This document shows positions 1 through 11,331 of a stretch of 64,000 nt of DNA, piece by piece. A program made the translations under genes and the position numbers. The notes under the pieces are model-generated. The model was not told the origin of the DNA. It made no database searches and was given only the letters and a program-made list of their open reading frames with translations. Source of the DNA: Octopus sinensis (lineage: Eukaryota); contig NC_043002.1 of assembly GCF_006345805.1 (NCBI RefSeq), forward strand, positions 111,352,001-111,416,000. Direction: 5' to 3'. Numbering within the stretch: the first letter of the stretch is position 1; every line of letters begins with the position of its first letter.

Positions 1-2651
1 TCCCATACAAAATATATAGTTTTCAAATATATATTTCGAACAGGAATTTGGCAGTACCACCCCTAGCAAATAATCTTTACTACAAAGTACTGTTGCTGAA
101 TATCTCTCATTGTGAGATTTACAAATAGTAATTTTCTAAGATTATATTAGTTTTATCAATTGACATATATCTGCTATTGGTTGCAGGAATGTTAAATCAA
201 ATGACACTCTGAATTTGTTAGCTTCCAAGTATGGAAGATACTGTCTCAAGTCCTGTTGTATTACTCTAACTTTAAGAATAGCTTTATCTCATTTAAGAAT
301 TTTCAAAATAATACTTCTGTTGTCCAAAAAAAAAAAAAATGTTTCGATGTTTCTCAGATTAAAACTATATTATGGGAAATATATAACTGTTTAGCTTCAA
401 TTTATTCTAGTCAGTGCCTTCATAATGCTGTTACTAAAGCTGAGTTTTATTTATATTCTGTAAAAAAAAAAACTATTGGTTTATATTTTTTTTATGTAAA
501 ATTTGATATGGTAAATCTCCTTATTTTGATGCCTTTAAAACTAAATCTTTCAGAATTACTAGAATGAATAACTGCATAATTAGGTGTGTTCCAATGTCTT
601 TTTATAACCCAGGTGTTATTTCTCTACATGAAAGTGTTAATCAGTTCCTGGAGAGGAGCAATGAAATTACCTTAAATCTTTTCAGATTAATACTTAATGA
701 TATAGGTTGTAGTGTTTCAAAATTAGTTTACTAAAGTTTATCAAATGTGAAGGAATCAGTAACTCTATAACTGTAACTATGCATTGCATTCATCTAAAAA
801 AGTTCAGATAATTGAATAAGTAATTAGGTTATCTGGTAGATATTCTGATGGCATCAGGAAAGATGTAGATGCATGCTATATTTAGTTACTAAGCAATAGA
901 ATTTGTACCAATGAAAGACATGCAATATTCTGAAAAGATATGTATCTTACATTCACTGACATATATATATAAATAAATGAAAGAATGGAGTCGAACGAAG
1001 ATTTCATATAAAGATTTCATTCATATAAAAAACACACAAATTTCCACACAAGAACCCGGAGTTTCTACCCTTGACAGGTCGCTTCAACCGTGTTTTCTGA
1101 CGTGAATTTGCTACCCAGGTATCGATTAAACGAATTTTCCATGCTAGGATAATTCATTCACCTACTTAAATATATATATAAATATATATATATATATTTT
1201 CTGAAAGTTTGAGTAATACAAAAAGCTGTTTGTTTATGATTTGGTTACTAGCTGGTTATTTCTAACTCTTCATCCACACAGCAAAATTGTATCTGGTTGA
1301 TTTTTTTTTTTTTTTTCTTTTATGTCTACCCTTGATGTGCATCTGTGAGTATTTGCTTAGAGAACATACTGACTAAATTATTTTTACCTTTATACTCTTT
1401 GTGAACATTGCCTGGACCAAGCTGAGACTTGCTGGAAATTGGTTCTGGAATCAGTGCCAAATGATTTTTGACAAACTCATTCTGATGTTTTTTTTCTTGA
1501 CCACTCTCAAAAAAAAAAAGAAGAAAAAAGTAAATAAAATTAAAACACCAAACAAACACTGAACATTTTTCAGAACTCTTGAAGAATTTTGGTACATTAT
1601 ATGTTTGAAGTTGTATACATTTATCATTTTATGGTAAAGTATATAAAATTTCTTAGATGTGTACCATTCTCAGATGTGCTATTTGTTACAATAGTTATTT
1701 AAAGTATAATTCAAAGTGATTTTGGACACAGTAGTAAATCAGAAAAGATCTTGGCAGACATCCACTTAACAACAAACACATACTCAGACCATGTGAACCA
1801 GTAGATTTTGGGACTTTTTTATGGGAATGTTTTGCTCAAGACTTTATAATTCATCTTGAAAAAAAAACTTTAATTTCAAAAGAGTAGTATTATTCTTGTC
1901 TCCTATTTTACATTATTTTAATGTAGAATAGTAAAGAATAAAAATAAAACCATCAAATCATGTTTTATAATACAAAATCAGAATACGAAATCCAAATTCT
2001 TAACACCTACTGAAGTCTCTCATGTTTATACACTCTAATTTAATAGTCTTTTGTTGTCAGTGTTGTTCCCATAAGAAAAAAGGGCTTGTTCCTTAAATTG
2101 TCAGCAGTGTTCTCTGAGAGAAACACATTTAAATCATAAAAAAAAAAGCAAGCATGCAAATGCTTTCCATTTTTTAAAAATTATTTTTCCTTTCAGTTTT
2201 TTGTTTGTTTGTTTGTTTTAATTGGTTTGTAAAAGAAATTTTGGTATTTAATCTATCAAAATTATTCCTAAACAAATTATTTCAAATTTTTGATGGTGGA
2301 TAATTTTTGCAAATTATGGACGTGGCAATTTTTAAGAAGCATTTTCTAATTTTTAGGGACAGTGGGGTTGAATTATCTGGAATTTTCTACTGAAACAATA
2401 ACCTGTTATGCTCTATCTTCTCTGTGAAGAAAATACAAATCATTTCTTACCCATTAACTAGCAGTGGCTGGCATGCTTCATGATGTCCTGCCATTGATCT
2501 CCCCCCTCTATCACCTGTTAACAAGTGTCCTGCCACCTACTAGTTTTGCTGCTGTAAAATGTACTAACATTGCTGCATATGCCAGTTTATAGAAGTGTCT
2601 GTGAGCTTGCACATAGAAGAAGTATTTATGTATTCCAGTAGAATGTAAGTG

Positions 2652-2667
<16 letters not shown>

Positions 2668-2682
<15 letters not shown>

Positions 2683-2865
2683 GTATAATATATATGTATA
2701 TATATATATATATATAGATATATGTATATATATATATACATATAGATATATATATATATATATATACATATATGTATATAATATAGATATATATATATAT
2801 GTATGTATATATACACAGATATATATGTATGTATATATACACAGATATATATGTATGTATATATA

Positions 2866-2899
<34 letters not shown>

Positions 2900-2960
2900 T
2901 GTACATATATATGTATATACATGTGTATATATGTATATGTGTATATACATATACATATGA
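2668..2960. repeat. Compound (TA/TG/CA)n microsatellite. Similar tracts: 15457-15730, 44940-45470, 53570-53700 (TATC), 54231-54800 (CA/CATA/GATA), 55485-55690 (CT) and 60058-60150
   Basis: Directly visible low-complexity repeats; they are the source of most Y/I-rich spurious ORFs. Confidence 0.97.
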
Positions 2961-3601
2961 ATGATAGGCTAGCTAAAGTAAATATTGCAATTGCTATTCC
3001 ATCAACCTATGCACACTGAACACTCTCATCAACATAAAACACTTTTTTTTTCTTTTCGCTTGGCCAGTATTAAAGTAAAAGTTCCCTCAAGTTGGCTGTC
3101 TCTTTAGTTTTTCAGTGCCTAACTGCAGTGTAAATGTCTGTAAATAGCTAATTGGTGTTGGCTTGACTGGACTCTTGCACCAGTCGGATCAAAGAAATGC
3201 AACCTCCAACACTAACACTCAGTTCTTTTTTGGCTGTTCAGTTCTGGTGAGATATCAGAATCGGCACAATAACAATGCCTGGTTGTTGTTGTTGTTGTCG
3301 TCATTCTGCTTTTGCAAATTTCTGATTTGTTAACGGTAAATAGGTGCCTGTTGTTCTCTTCTATGGAAGGTACACCAAGTAGCTAGTTGCCTATTTGATC
3401 GATGAAATGAGTTGATCAAAGGCTTTCTATAAATAATTGCAGATGGATGTTTGTTTCTGTTTCTGAATGAATCACTGATGGAGAAAGAAAAATCTAAACA
3501 AAATAAAAGATCAACCACAAAAAGAACAATTCTCAATTATCACCTGTCTTAACGATATATCAGGATTCTGTAGATGTTCTCTATTAAACTCTTGTTTACA
3601 G

Positions 3602-3877
3602 TATGACTTTTACCCTCCTACTCTTTTATTCACATGTTCTCACGTCTTCTTCATTGTTTCTCAAGGAATTCTAGGTAAGAGAAAATCATCATCACCACTA
3701 CCTGTCTCACTTTTGTGGTGCATATCATTTGTTTATTCTCGTTTCGATAATTTTTGTACATTTTACACAATCTTTCATTTGCTTAACTCCTTTCACTTTG
3801 TACCTTGCAGACAGACCACTGGCAGCTTCAGCTCTTAAGAATCCTTCAGTATTTCTCAAAATGCAAAGACTACAATG
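3602..3877 (+). other. Possible pair of spliced exons (3602-3674 and from 3811) of an unidentified transcript
   Basis: Acceptor cttgtttacAG, donor ctag|GTAAGA, and a 136-nt T-rich intron ending gtaccttgcAG. The joined frame reads YDFYPPTLLFTCSHVFFIVSQGILDRPLAASALKNPSVFLKMQRLQ*. No family was recognised. Confidence 0.25.
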
Positions 3878-4960
3878 ATTCCAGACCCAAGGGTCACTAG
3901 AACTTGGCTCTACACTTGAGCTACTTGCATTGGTAGTTAGAGGAAACGGATGTGATTTCAAACAACCACCACAGAGTCACTTCTATCACTGTTCTTTTCT
4001 GGTTGTTCTTTTTGACATGAAATAAATCATTGATGAAGAAAATTAAAAAGCTGACCCAACACTTAAACTGCAAATTTGCATTTAAAAGATGTCAGATGTA
4101 ACTTAGTGGTGGTTATCACTGTTTTGCCATAGCTTAGGCTTATTATCAAAGACATTATAGCTATACCCATCTCTTTTTTTTTTTTTTAATATCTATCACT
4201 ACTTTGTGTCTTTTTTTTTTTTTTTTGAAAGTAACAGTTTGTGTATTGAAGGAGATTTGGCTGCTGTTTCTAACAAATCAAGTGATCAGCATAGACTTTA
4301 TTTTTTTTTTTGTTTTTTTGTTTTTTTGTTTTTTGTTCAGCCCCTTCTGTCTTAGTTAATTAATCCTACCCATTTTTTTCTTTTGATGAAAAACTGAATC
4401 CTATAATGGTCAAGAGGAAATATTTTTAGTAGTGATCTAAAACACCTTTGAAATTCTGATAGTTTGGTTATTAGCCAATCTAGCTGGGCTTGTTAAGAAT
4501 CAATGGGACTGCAGTTGTTTAGCCCTAGATGAGTCCTGGTCAGTCAAACCAATGATCAAAGATATTCTGGCTGTGCCCATCATGAGCAAAGATTTGGTTG
4601 CTATTTTGATTTAGGTCAAGTAACCGTGTAGACTTCCTTTATTTACAGGACACACATGCTCACTTAGCTTATTTCAAGATAATCACAAAATATTGCTACC
4701 AATCTCACAGGCCAGACATGGTTCTGATAGTACTAAAGCTGAATAAGACCCAACTGCCATGTTACTTGACTACATCTTCAACATGATACCACTCCTCTTT
4801 TGTGCTCCTTTTTTATTACAGTAGTATAACACGACCCCTGTCAGTTTTGACTATGGTATTTTGCATTAAATGTCTTGCAGTAGTTCATCCTCGTAGTTAG
4901 AATCCTAAAATTATTTTAAAATGAAGCTAAAAATATATTCATATATATATTTGAATTCAA

Positions 4961-5209
4961 TGCAGGTGGCACGTAAAATGCACCTATCCGACCGTGGCCG
5001 ATGCCAGCCTCGCCTGGCTCCAGTGCAGGTGGCACGTAAAAAGCACCCACTACACTCACGGAGTGGTTGGCGTTAGGAAGGGCATCCAGCTGTAGAAACA
5101 TTGCCAGATAAGACCGGAGCCTGGTGCAGCCTTCTGGCTTCCCAGATCCCCGATCAAACCGTCCAACCCATGCTAGCATGGAAAGCGGACGTTAAACGAT
5201 GATGATGAT
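4961..5209 (+). mobile_element. 3'-UTR fragment of the GAT-tailed RTE. Further copies: 30049-30296 (+), 30672-30966 (-), 43345-43752 (-), 50823-51059 (+), 61153-61276 (+), 61821-62056 (+)
   Basis: All share the ...GGAAGGGCATCCAGC...CCAACCCATGCTAGCATGGAAAGCGGACGTTAAACGATGATG terminus, homologous to 45835-46200 (the 61153 copy is internally deleted). Confidence 0.85.
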
Positions 5210-6699
5210 ATTAAATGGCTGATCTTCTTAACTAGCTCCAATATTCCTAAACTTTGATGGTAGTTTTGGTAAGTTAAACACTAGTTACTACTGTGACTAC
5301 ATTGTTTATGCCAAAGCAGGAACAACACAGAAAGTATATTGGTTTGATGGTGTTGATTAATCAACCATATTTGTATCAGAAATTACCATTCATCAATCCT
5401 TCAAGCAACATAACAAGAGCAAGGGGTGTGGGAATAACTCAAAATCAAATCAGTTGATGCACAAGTGTTTTTTGATTAATACTGGGAATAAGAGAAGTGT
5501 TGAATAATCTGATCTTGACACTGACAACTCCAGCTGTTTCAGCCTTATTAGATCTCCTTGGCAAAATAAATTTGTCAGATGATAAAAACAATTGAATAAT
5601 ACTTAGTAATTTAGTTATGCTGAGAAAAGTATTGAACTACCTGCTCATGAGTTCAAACCAGCTAGCACTTGGTTGTGTTTCTGGTTAGAACATGTTAGTC
5701 TGCATTGCCTAAACTCACTTTTTTTTTTTTTTAATAATCACTTTGGAAAGAAGGACAGTCCTTATGACCCTTTTTAGGGCCTCCATGACTTATGGGAGAG
5801 AGAGGGAGGAGAAAAAAAAAGTATGAAACCAGAGACTTAGCTTGAATGCTTGCAATTGTGTAGATTCTGAAAAAGGCACCTAAATAAGCCACAGCTGGAT
5901 TTGAACCCAGAACTAATACTTCAAGACATTATGTATGTTACTCTAATGATTCTGCCAGTCTTCTACCGTAAACTAGTACTTTATCAGCCCCCCCCCTCTC
6001 CCCTCCAGAAGAATGAAGGCAAAGTTGGCCTTAGCAAGATTTGAACTCAGAATGCAAGAAACCAAGCTAAAAGCCTCGAGATATTTCATCCGATGTTCCA
6101 GCAACTCAATTTGCTGTACTTAGCTATCAGCAATAAATAATGGGTTATTTTGGAAATGTAATATCAGTCTGTTAATCTAGTTTAATCTGCCCTTGTCTTC
6201 AGATTAATTTCAATTACAGGCTGCAAGTAGTTGCTGGTGTGCAACAGTCAGTTCCATGTAAAACTTATCAGGGACTCACCACCAATGGATCTTTATGAAA
6301 GGAATAACAATATCTTGAATTTATAGTTTGATTAGAAATGAATATCAAAGCTATTCATTTTTGAAATACAAATCTTTTTTTTTTAATTTACTACAATATT
6401 GTGTAAAAGATTTCTCAATATGGTATCCCTCACTCAGTTGGTGGGAAGTCTTGTTTTGCTAGTTACTTGGTGAGCTTATTAGTACTGGTTCCATAAAAAA
6501 GTATCTAGTACACACTTTAATATGGTTGGCATTAGGAAAAACATCCAGTCATAGAAACCATGCCAAAGCAGTCAATAGAGGTTGGCACACACTTCTAGCT
6601 TGTCAGTGTGTCAAATTGTTCAACCTATGCCAGAATGGAAAGCAGGCATTAATTTAGGATAAAAGAAAAGTATAAATTTTACATCCCTACTTTATGATC

Positions 6700-7200
6700 A
6701 ACAGCTGTTTCATTAGGATAAACATCTTTAATTCCATAATTGAAATTCATAATTTAAAAGCCATGTTTAACCAAATCATCAGCACATGCCTGTATCAGAA
6801 TCTTTGGCCACCACAGCTCCTCCTGCCCTGACACCATACAGCATAAAAAATTATCTTTGGGAGCCTGCTGTAGCTCCAGCCTGCAAACGTCTTGCTCCAA
6901 CACAGCTGCAATGAGGGCCTCCACACTAACTTCCAGCGCTGTGCAGGACCTCTACATCAGGAATGCAATCCTGTCATCTGATATGCAAGATGGAGCATAG
7001 ATGACCAAGCCAGACTCACCTTGGAGCCTTGCTGTGCCTGTGGTAGAGAGCTATGAGTTCTGTGGTATAAAGGAGGCAAGGGGGTATTGTGGCACTGTAC
7101 ACTTTGAACTTTATGTTGCAGGAAATATCAAGACGGATACATTGACTCTTCTTGAGAGAGCCAAAAGCCTTTTTGGCAGACTGTATAATCATGTGGTCAC
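6700..7200 (-). mobile_element. Degenerate 3' part of an RTE-BovB-like LINE
   Basis: Minus-strand translation fragments SAKKAFGSL, IKFKVYSA, LCSILHIR, IPDVEVLHSAG and RLELQQAPK resemble the post-RT region of RTE LINEs. Confidence 0.55.
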
Positions 7201-7408
7201 ATGATCAACTAGGCTATTAAATGTTATACAACGCTGTGCACTGGTACTAAGCTAGAAATGCCAGTCTACTGGGACTCCATGTGTCTTCATTTTGTTACAT
7301 GCTATAAAAACAGCCACTTAGCAACCAATCAGTGAGTGTGTTATTTTGGGTCTTCGGCATACATATTCTATCGTGGATTCCTTATTTTGTGCTTGAATTT
7401 TTCTGAGA

Positions 7409-9300
7409 ATGTCTTCAAAACATGTCAGTGCTGAAGAAGCACAAGCTCAGATTCTTTGTGATGATTTAGATGAGTCTGATTACAGTAACAAAAGTGATTT
7501 TGAGCAAGAAACTAGTGAAGAGTCGCCCAGCAATTCCGACAGTGATCAAGGTGAACTTGTACATAATGTAGACAATGCATGCAGTGCATGCCCAAATGCT
7601 CCAGGCTAATAGGAGGGGTGGCGTAGTGGTGGGCATGGCAGAGGGTTGATGGAGGTAGTAAACATGAATATTCCTGCTCCCTGAAGACAAGATATGGCTG
7701 GTTTTATAGCAAGACTTTAATCCTAACCGCCCCCACAGGCCCAAAGGACATTCCACCTCATCTAACTGGAGAAAGTGGCCTCCTGGATTTCCTTTCCCTG
7801 TTCTGGGACAATGCGCTTTGGAACGTTTTGGTTTGAGAAAGTAATAAGAATGCCATAAGTGTCAAGGCTGCAAAAAAAGGATATGACACAATAGCAAAAG
7901 AGGTGAAGGCCTTCTTTGGTTGTAGAGATGCCATAGAGGTATTAGCTCATAAGGATAGGTATGAACAGTACTGGTGTACAAAAGGCAGCTTTTTGGCACC
8001 AACTCCAGGATTTGGGTAGGTTATGGTAAGGGACAGGTTTTTAGCTATATGGTCAATGTTATACTGTTGACGAGGATGATCCTAATAGAAATAAGAAAGA
8101 CAAACTATATAAGTTTATTGATTAAATTTTGCCAAGGTTTCAAAAACAGTGTCTGAATGTGAGCTATCTTCTGATGAAGGCATGATTCTGACCAAAAATG
8201 TCATATCCATAAAGCAATACATCAAAGACAAACTCATCTATTGACATTCTTGCTAACAGACTGTGCAAATGGTTACATTGTGAATGCTGAAGTGTACACT
8301 GGGTTGAGACCAGATGCCCGAGCAGTTGATAATCTGGGTGCCACGGGAAATCTTGTGCGAATAACGGAGGGCTCAGAACTATTCACGGATAGATTTTATA
8401 CATCTGTTGAGGTTGCAGAATATTTATAGGACTGTGTGGAACAGCTTTGATCAACAGAATGTCTCAGAAGAACTGACAGGCAAATTCAAAAAGGGGAATC
8501 AGTGGTTCTGTTCAATGGGAACGTTGTAGCGATGGTATGGATGGACAAACGCCCCATATATTTTTTTCGTCAATTTATGTTGATTCACCCATGACCTCAG
8601 TCATCAGGTGTGTTTGTAATGAATACAGAAAGGTACCTGTCCCATGGCAGTGAAGAGTTACAATAGCTTCATGAGAGAAACAGACAAATACGACCAAATG
8701 ATGCATCTGCAAGTGTCAATGCCATTACAAATGGCCTTGCCAATTAGTGATGATGTTCTTTATAATGCCTGTTTTGCAGGGATTTTACAAGCCCCATGTC
8801 CAGCCTAACAAAAGACCCTGTTTCTTTATTCCCCACAAGGGGTTAAACATAGAGGGGACAAACGGATTAAGTCAATTACATCGACCCCAGTGCGTAACTG
8901 GTACTTAATTTATCGACCCGGAAAGGATGAAAGGCAAAGTCGACATCGGCGGATTTGAACTCAGAACGTAACGACAGACGAAACAGCGCTAAGCATTTCG
9001 TCCGGCGTCCTATCGATTCTGCCAGCTCGCCGCCTTCACATTCCATGCTTTCTTGGCTAAGCTTTGTCATGAACTAATCAGTGATGTGAAGGTCAGTCCC
9101 CAAACAAGGGACATAATCATTGATGTTGGATTGCATGAGGTGGAATGAGCTGAACAACCACAAACAATCATTTGTGGCTGTGTGCATGGAGAAACATAGG
9201 CGGGCGAAGAGAGCAAATCCTAATGCTCAGTATAAGGTCTTGCCAAAACAGTCAAAGACTATCTTCTGGTGGAACCAATACAAAGTTTTGGCTAGGGGAG
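7409..9300 (+). mobile_element. Fossil piggyBac (PGBD4-like) transposase, multiply disrupted and interrupted by a SINE
   Basis: Acidic N-terminus (7409 ORF), then fragments SDEGMI, LTDCANGYIVNAEVYTG, LFTDRFYTSVEVAEYL and YNSFMRETDKYDQM. A C-terminal remnant follows the SINE at 8821-9036. TIRs were not recognised. Confidence 0.8.
8821..9036 (-). mobile_element. tRNA-derived SINE family B (about 230 bp). Other copies: 14748-14982 (-), 26264-26476 (+), 28864-29095 (+), 49653-49884 (-); partial copies near 5990-6100, 49580-49625 and 60715-60770
   Basis: Head AAGGCGGCGAGCTGGCAGAA...GAGTTCAAATTCC (B box) and central GCCTTTCATCCTTTCGGGGTCGATAAATTAAGTACCAGT are shared between copies. Confidence 0.9.
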
Positions 9301-9498
9301 CAGGCCAACACTCCCCCTCACCAATGGTTGAAAGGGGGACTGAAGTAACATGAGGGGTGAAGTGTTTTGCTCAAGAGCACAATGCACCACCCAGCCAGGA
9401 AACTGAAACCATGAGTACAACAGCCTAACCATATATGTGTATGTATGTCTGTATCTATATACATATATATGTGTGTGTGTATGTATCTATATACATAT

Positions 9499-9883
9499 GC
9501 AGGAGTGGCTGTGTGGTAAGTAGCTTGCTTACCAACCACATGGTTCCGGGTTCAGTCCCACTGCGTGGCACCTTGGGCAAGTGTCTTCTACTATAGCCTC
9601 GGGCTGACCAAAGCCTTGTGAGTGGATTTGGTAGACGGAAACTGAAAGAAGCCTGTCGTATATATGTATGTATATATATATGTATGTGTGTGTGTTTGTC
9701 CCCCTAGCATTGCTTGACAACCGATGCTGGTGTGTTTATGTCCCCGTTACTTAGCGGTTCGGCAAAAGAGACCGATAGAATAAGTACTGGGCTTACAAAA
9801 GAATAAGTCCCGGGGTCGAGTTGCTCGATTAAAGGCGGTGCTCCAGCATGGCTGCAGTCAGATGACTGAAACAAGTAAAAGAG
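9499..9883 (+). mobile_element. tRNA-derived SINE family A (about 390 bp, with an internal TA/TG microsatellite). Other copies: 13362-13752 (-), 14216-14610 (+), 27661-28065 (+), 28320-28700 (-), 29340-29750 (-), 31742-32092 (+), and seven at 32865-37191 (-)
   Basis: A-box-like TGGCTGTGTGG and B-box-like GGTTCAGTCCC head, conserved body and AAACAAGTAAAAGAG tail; many highly similar dispersed copies. Confidence 0.92.
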
Positions 9884-9894
9884 TAATATGTTGT

Positions 9895-9966
9895 AGCAGA
9901 GTGGTGCAGTGGAAGCTTGCTGGGCCAATAACCCAGAGGTCCGTAGATCAAAACTACACTCTGCTA
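9895..9966 (+). tRNA. Initiator tRNA-Met-derived gene, probably a pseudogene, with the anticodon changed from CAT to AAT
   Basis: 72-nt AGCAGAGTGGTGCAGTGGAAGCTTGCTGGGCCAATAACCCAGAGGTCCGTAGATCAAAACTACACTCTGCTA matches the eukaryotic tRNA-iMet body. It has an A1:U72 pair, an intact acceptor stem, anticodon stem CTGGG/CCCAG and T-loop ATCAAAA. There is no genomic CCA, and a T7 run follows about 8 nt downstream. Confidence 0.85.
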
Positions 9967-10285
9967 ACTGGAATTTTTTTACAGCGGTGCATCAGTATGG
10001 CCGCAGCTCTGAGCTGAAACTAGAGAGAGAAAAAAAAATGTGTATATATATTTATATATATACAGTGCATTCCGAAGTTTTGAGACTTTTTTTTTTTTTT
10101 AAAGAAGGGCAATAAAACTGTCCTAGATTATTGTAATTTTGATATATCATTACTATATATCTAAAAGCCGACCTGCCAACTTTTGTTATTTCAGATTGAA
10201 GGAACCAGCTGTAAGACCACTTTGAACACAACCCACTAAGCACTGATTAGTTTGCAGAATGCAGACGAGATGTTTAGAAGGTTAA

Positions 10286-10683
10286 TCTCTATATATAAAA
10301 GTGAGGTTGTGTGCTGTCTGTCTCCTACGATTTAGATTCCTAACTACTCCCACATTTTGCGGTGCAGTTTAACCGAAACCGGGTATCTTATAGTCGTGAT
10401 TCATATCAAGCCCTTCTGGGTATTAGCGTGCATCTACGATGAGTCTATGATTTAAAAAAAAATTTACCATCAATATTTCCCATTTTTAATGCATTTTTGG
10501 CATATATAAGGGAAGTAACTCTCTAAAAATTTATTAAATCTCAGAACGTAAAAAAGCTACAGTAGCACCCCCCCCCCCTTTGTGGTTAGCCATATTGAGA
10601 TGGCTATTATACTTTACATCTCTAAAAATGCTTATATAGTTATTTCCCTTACAAACCCAAGCAACGCCGGGTGATACTGCTAG
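10286..10683 (+). mobile_element. Non-autonomous Helitron (about 400 bp). Other copies: 16299-16696 (-), 48742-49139 (-), 51704-52092 (+), 55916-56317 (-), and a 5'-truncated copy at approx. 60391-60538 (+)
   Basis: 5' TC and 3' CTAG termini (TTAG in the 48.7-kb copy), inserted between A and T, with a subterminal CCCGAGCAACGCCGGG hairpin and no short TSD. Confidence 0.88.
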
Positions 10684-10946
10684 TATTAATATAAAATGTG
10701 TTAAACTGGGCAAAATCACTAAAGAAACTTATGAAATGCTCCAGACTGATCGTGGACTAATTTCACTGACACAAGAGGTTTAAGGGTGGTAGAGAGGAGG
10801 GGGAAATGATGAAGTAGGAGAGGAGAGTGATGTCAGACCATCAAAGCTGGTTGAGAAAATTCGCAATTTACTGAACAAAGACTGTTGTCTCTCTAAAAAC
10901 AATAAGTTTGGAGTTGGTGTGGTAACTGTACACATAATTATTGATG

Positions 10947-11331
10947 GAGTGGAGGCACAATGGCCCAGTGGTTAGGGCAGCGGACTCGCGGTCGTAGGAT
11001 TGCGGTTTCGATTCCCAGATCGGGCGTTGTGAGTGTTTATTGAGCGAAAACACCTAAAGCTCCACAAGGCTCCAGCAGGGGATGGTGGTCATCCCTGCTG
11101 TACTCTTTCACCACAACTTTCTCTCACTCTTACTTCCTGTTTCTGTTGTACCTGTATTTCAAAGGGCCGGCCTTGTCACTCTCTGTGTCATGCTGAATAT
11201 CCCCGAGAACTACGTTAAAGGTACACGTGTCTGTGGAGTGCTCAGCCACTTACACGTTAATTTCACGAGCAGGCTGTTCCGTTGATCAGATCAACCGGAA
11301 CCCTCGTCGTTGTAATCGACAGAGTGCTTCC
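10947..11331 (+). mobile_element. tRNA-derived SINE family D with an 11-bp target-site duplication. The same head with a different tail occurs at approx. 16950-17267 (-) and 45480-45770 (-)
   Basis: TGGCCCAGTGG A box and GGTTTCGATTCCC B box; TSD AATTATTGATG at 10936-10946 and 11332-11342. Confidence 0.85.

Noticed and set aside
2511-3019. Long Y/I/C-rich ORFs (also near 15.4-16.2, 44.7-45.5, 54.1-54.8 and 55.4-55.8 kb)
   Set aside because: They are translations of TA/CA/GATA/CT microsatellites.
3725-4000. Possible selenoprotein reading (TGA-CTC-TGT-GGT-GGT-TGT) upstream of the minus-strand 78-aa ORF
   Set aside because: An in-frame TAG lies two codons upstream of the TGA, no SECIS was identified, and no family was recognised.
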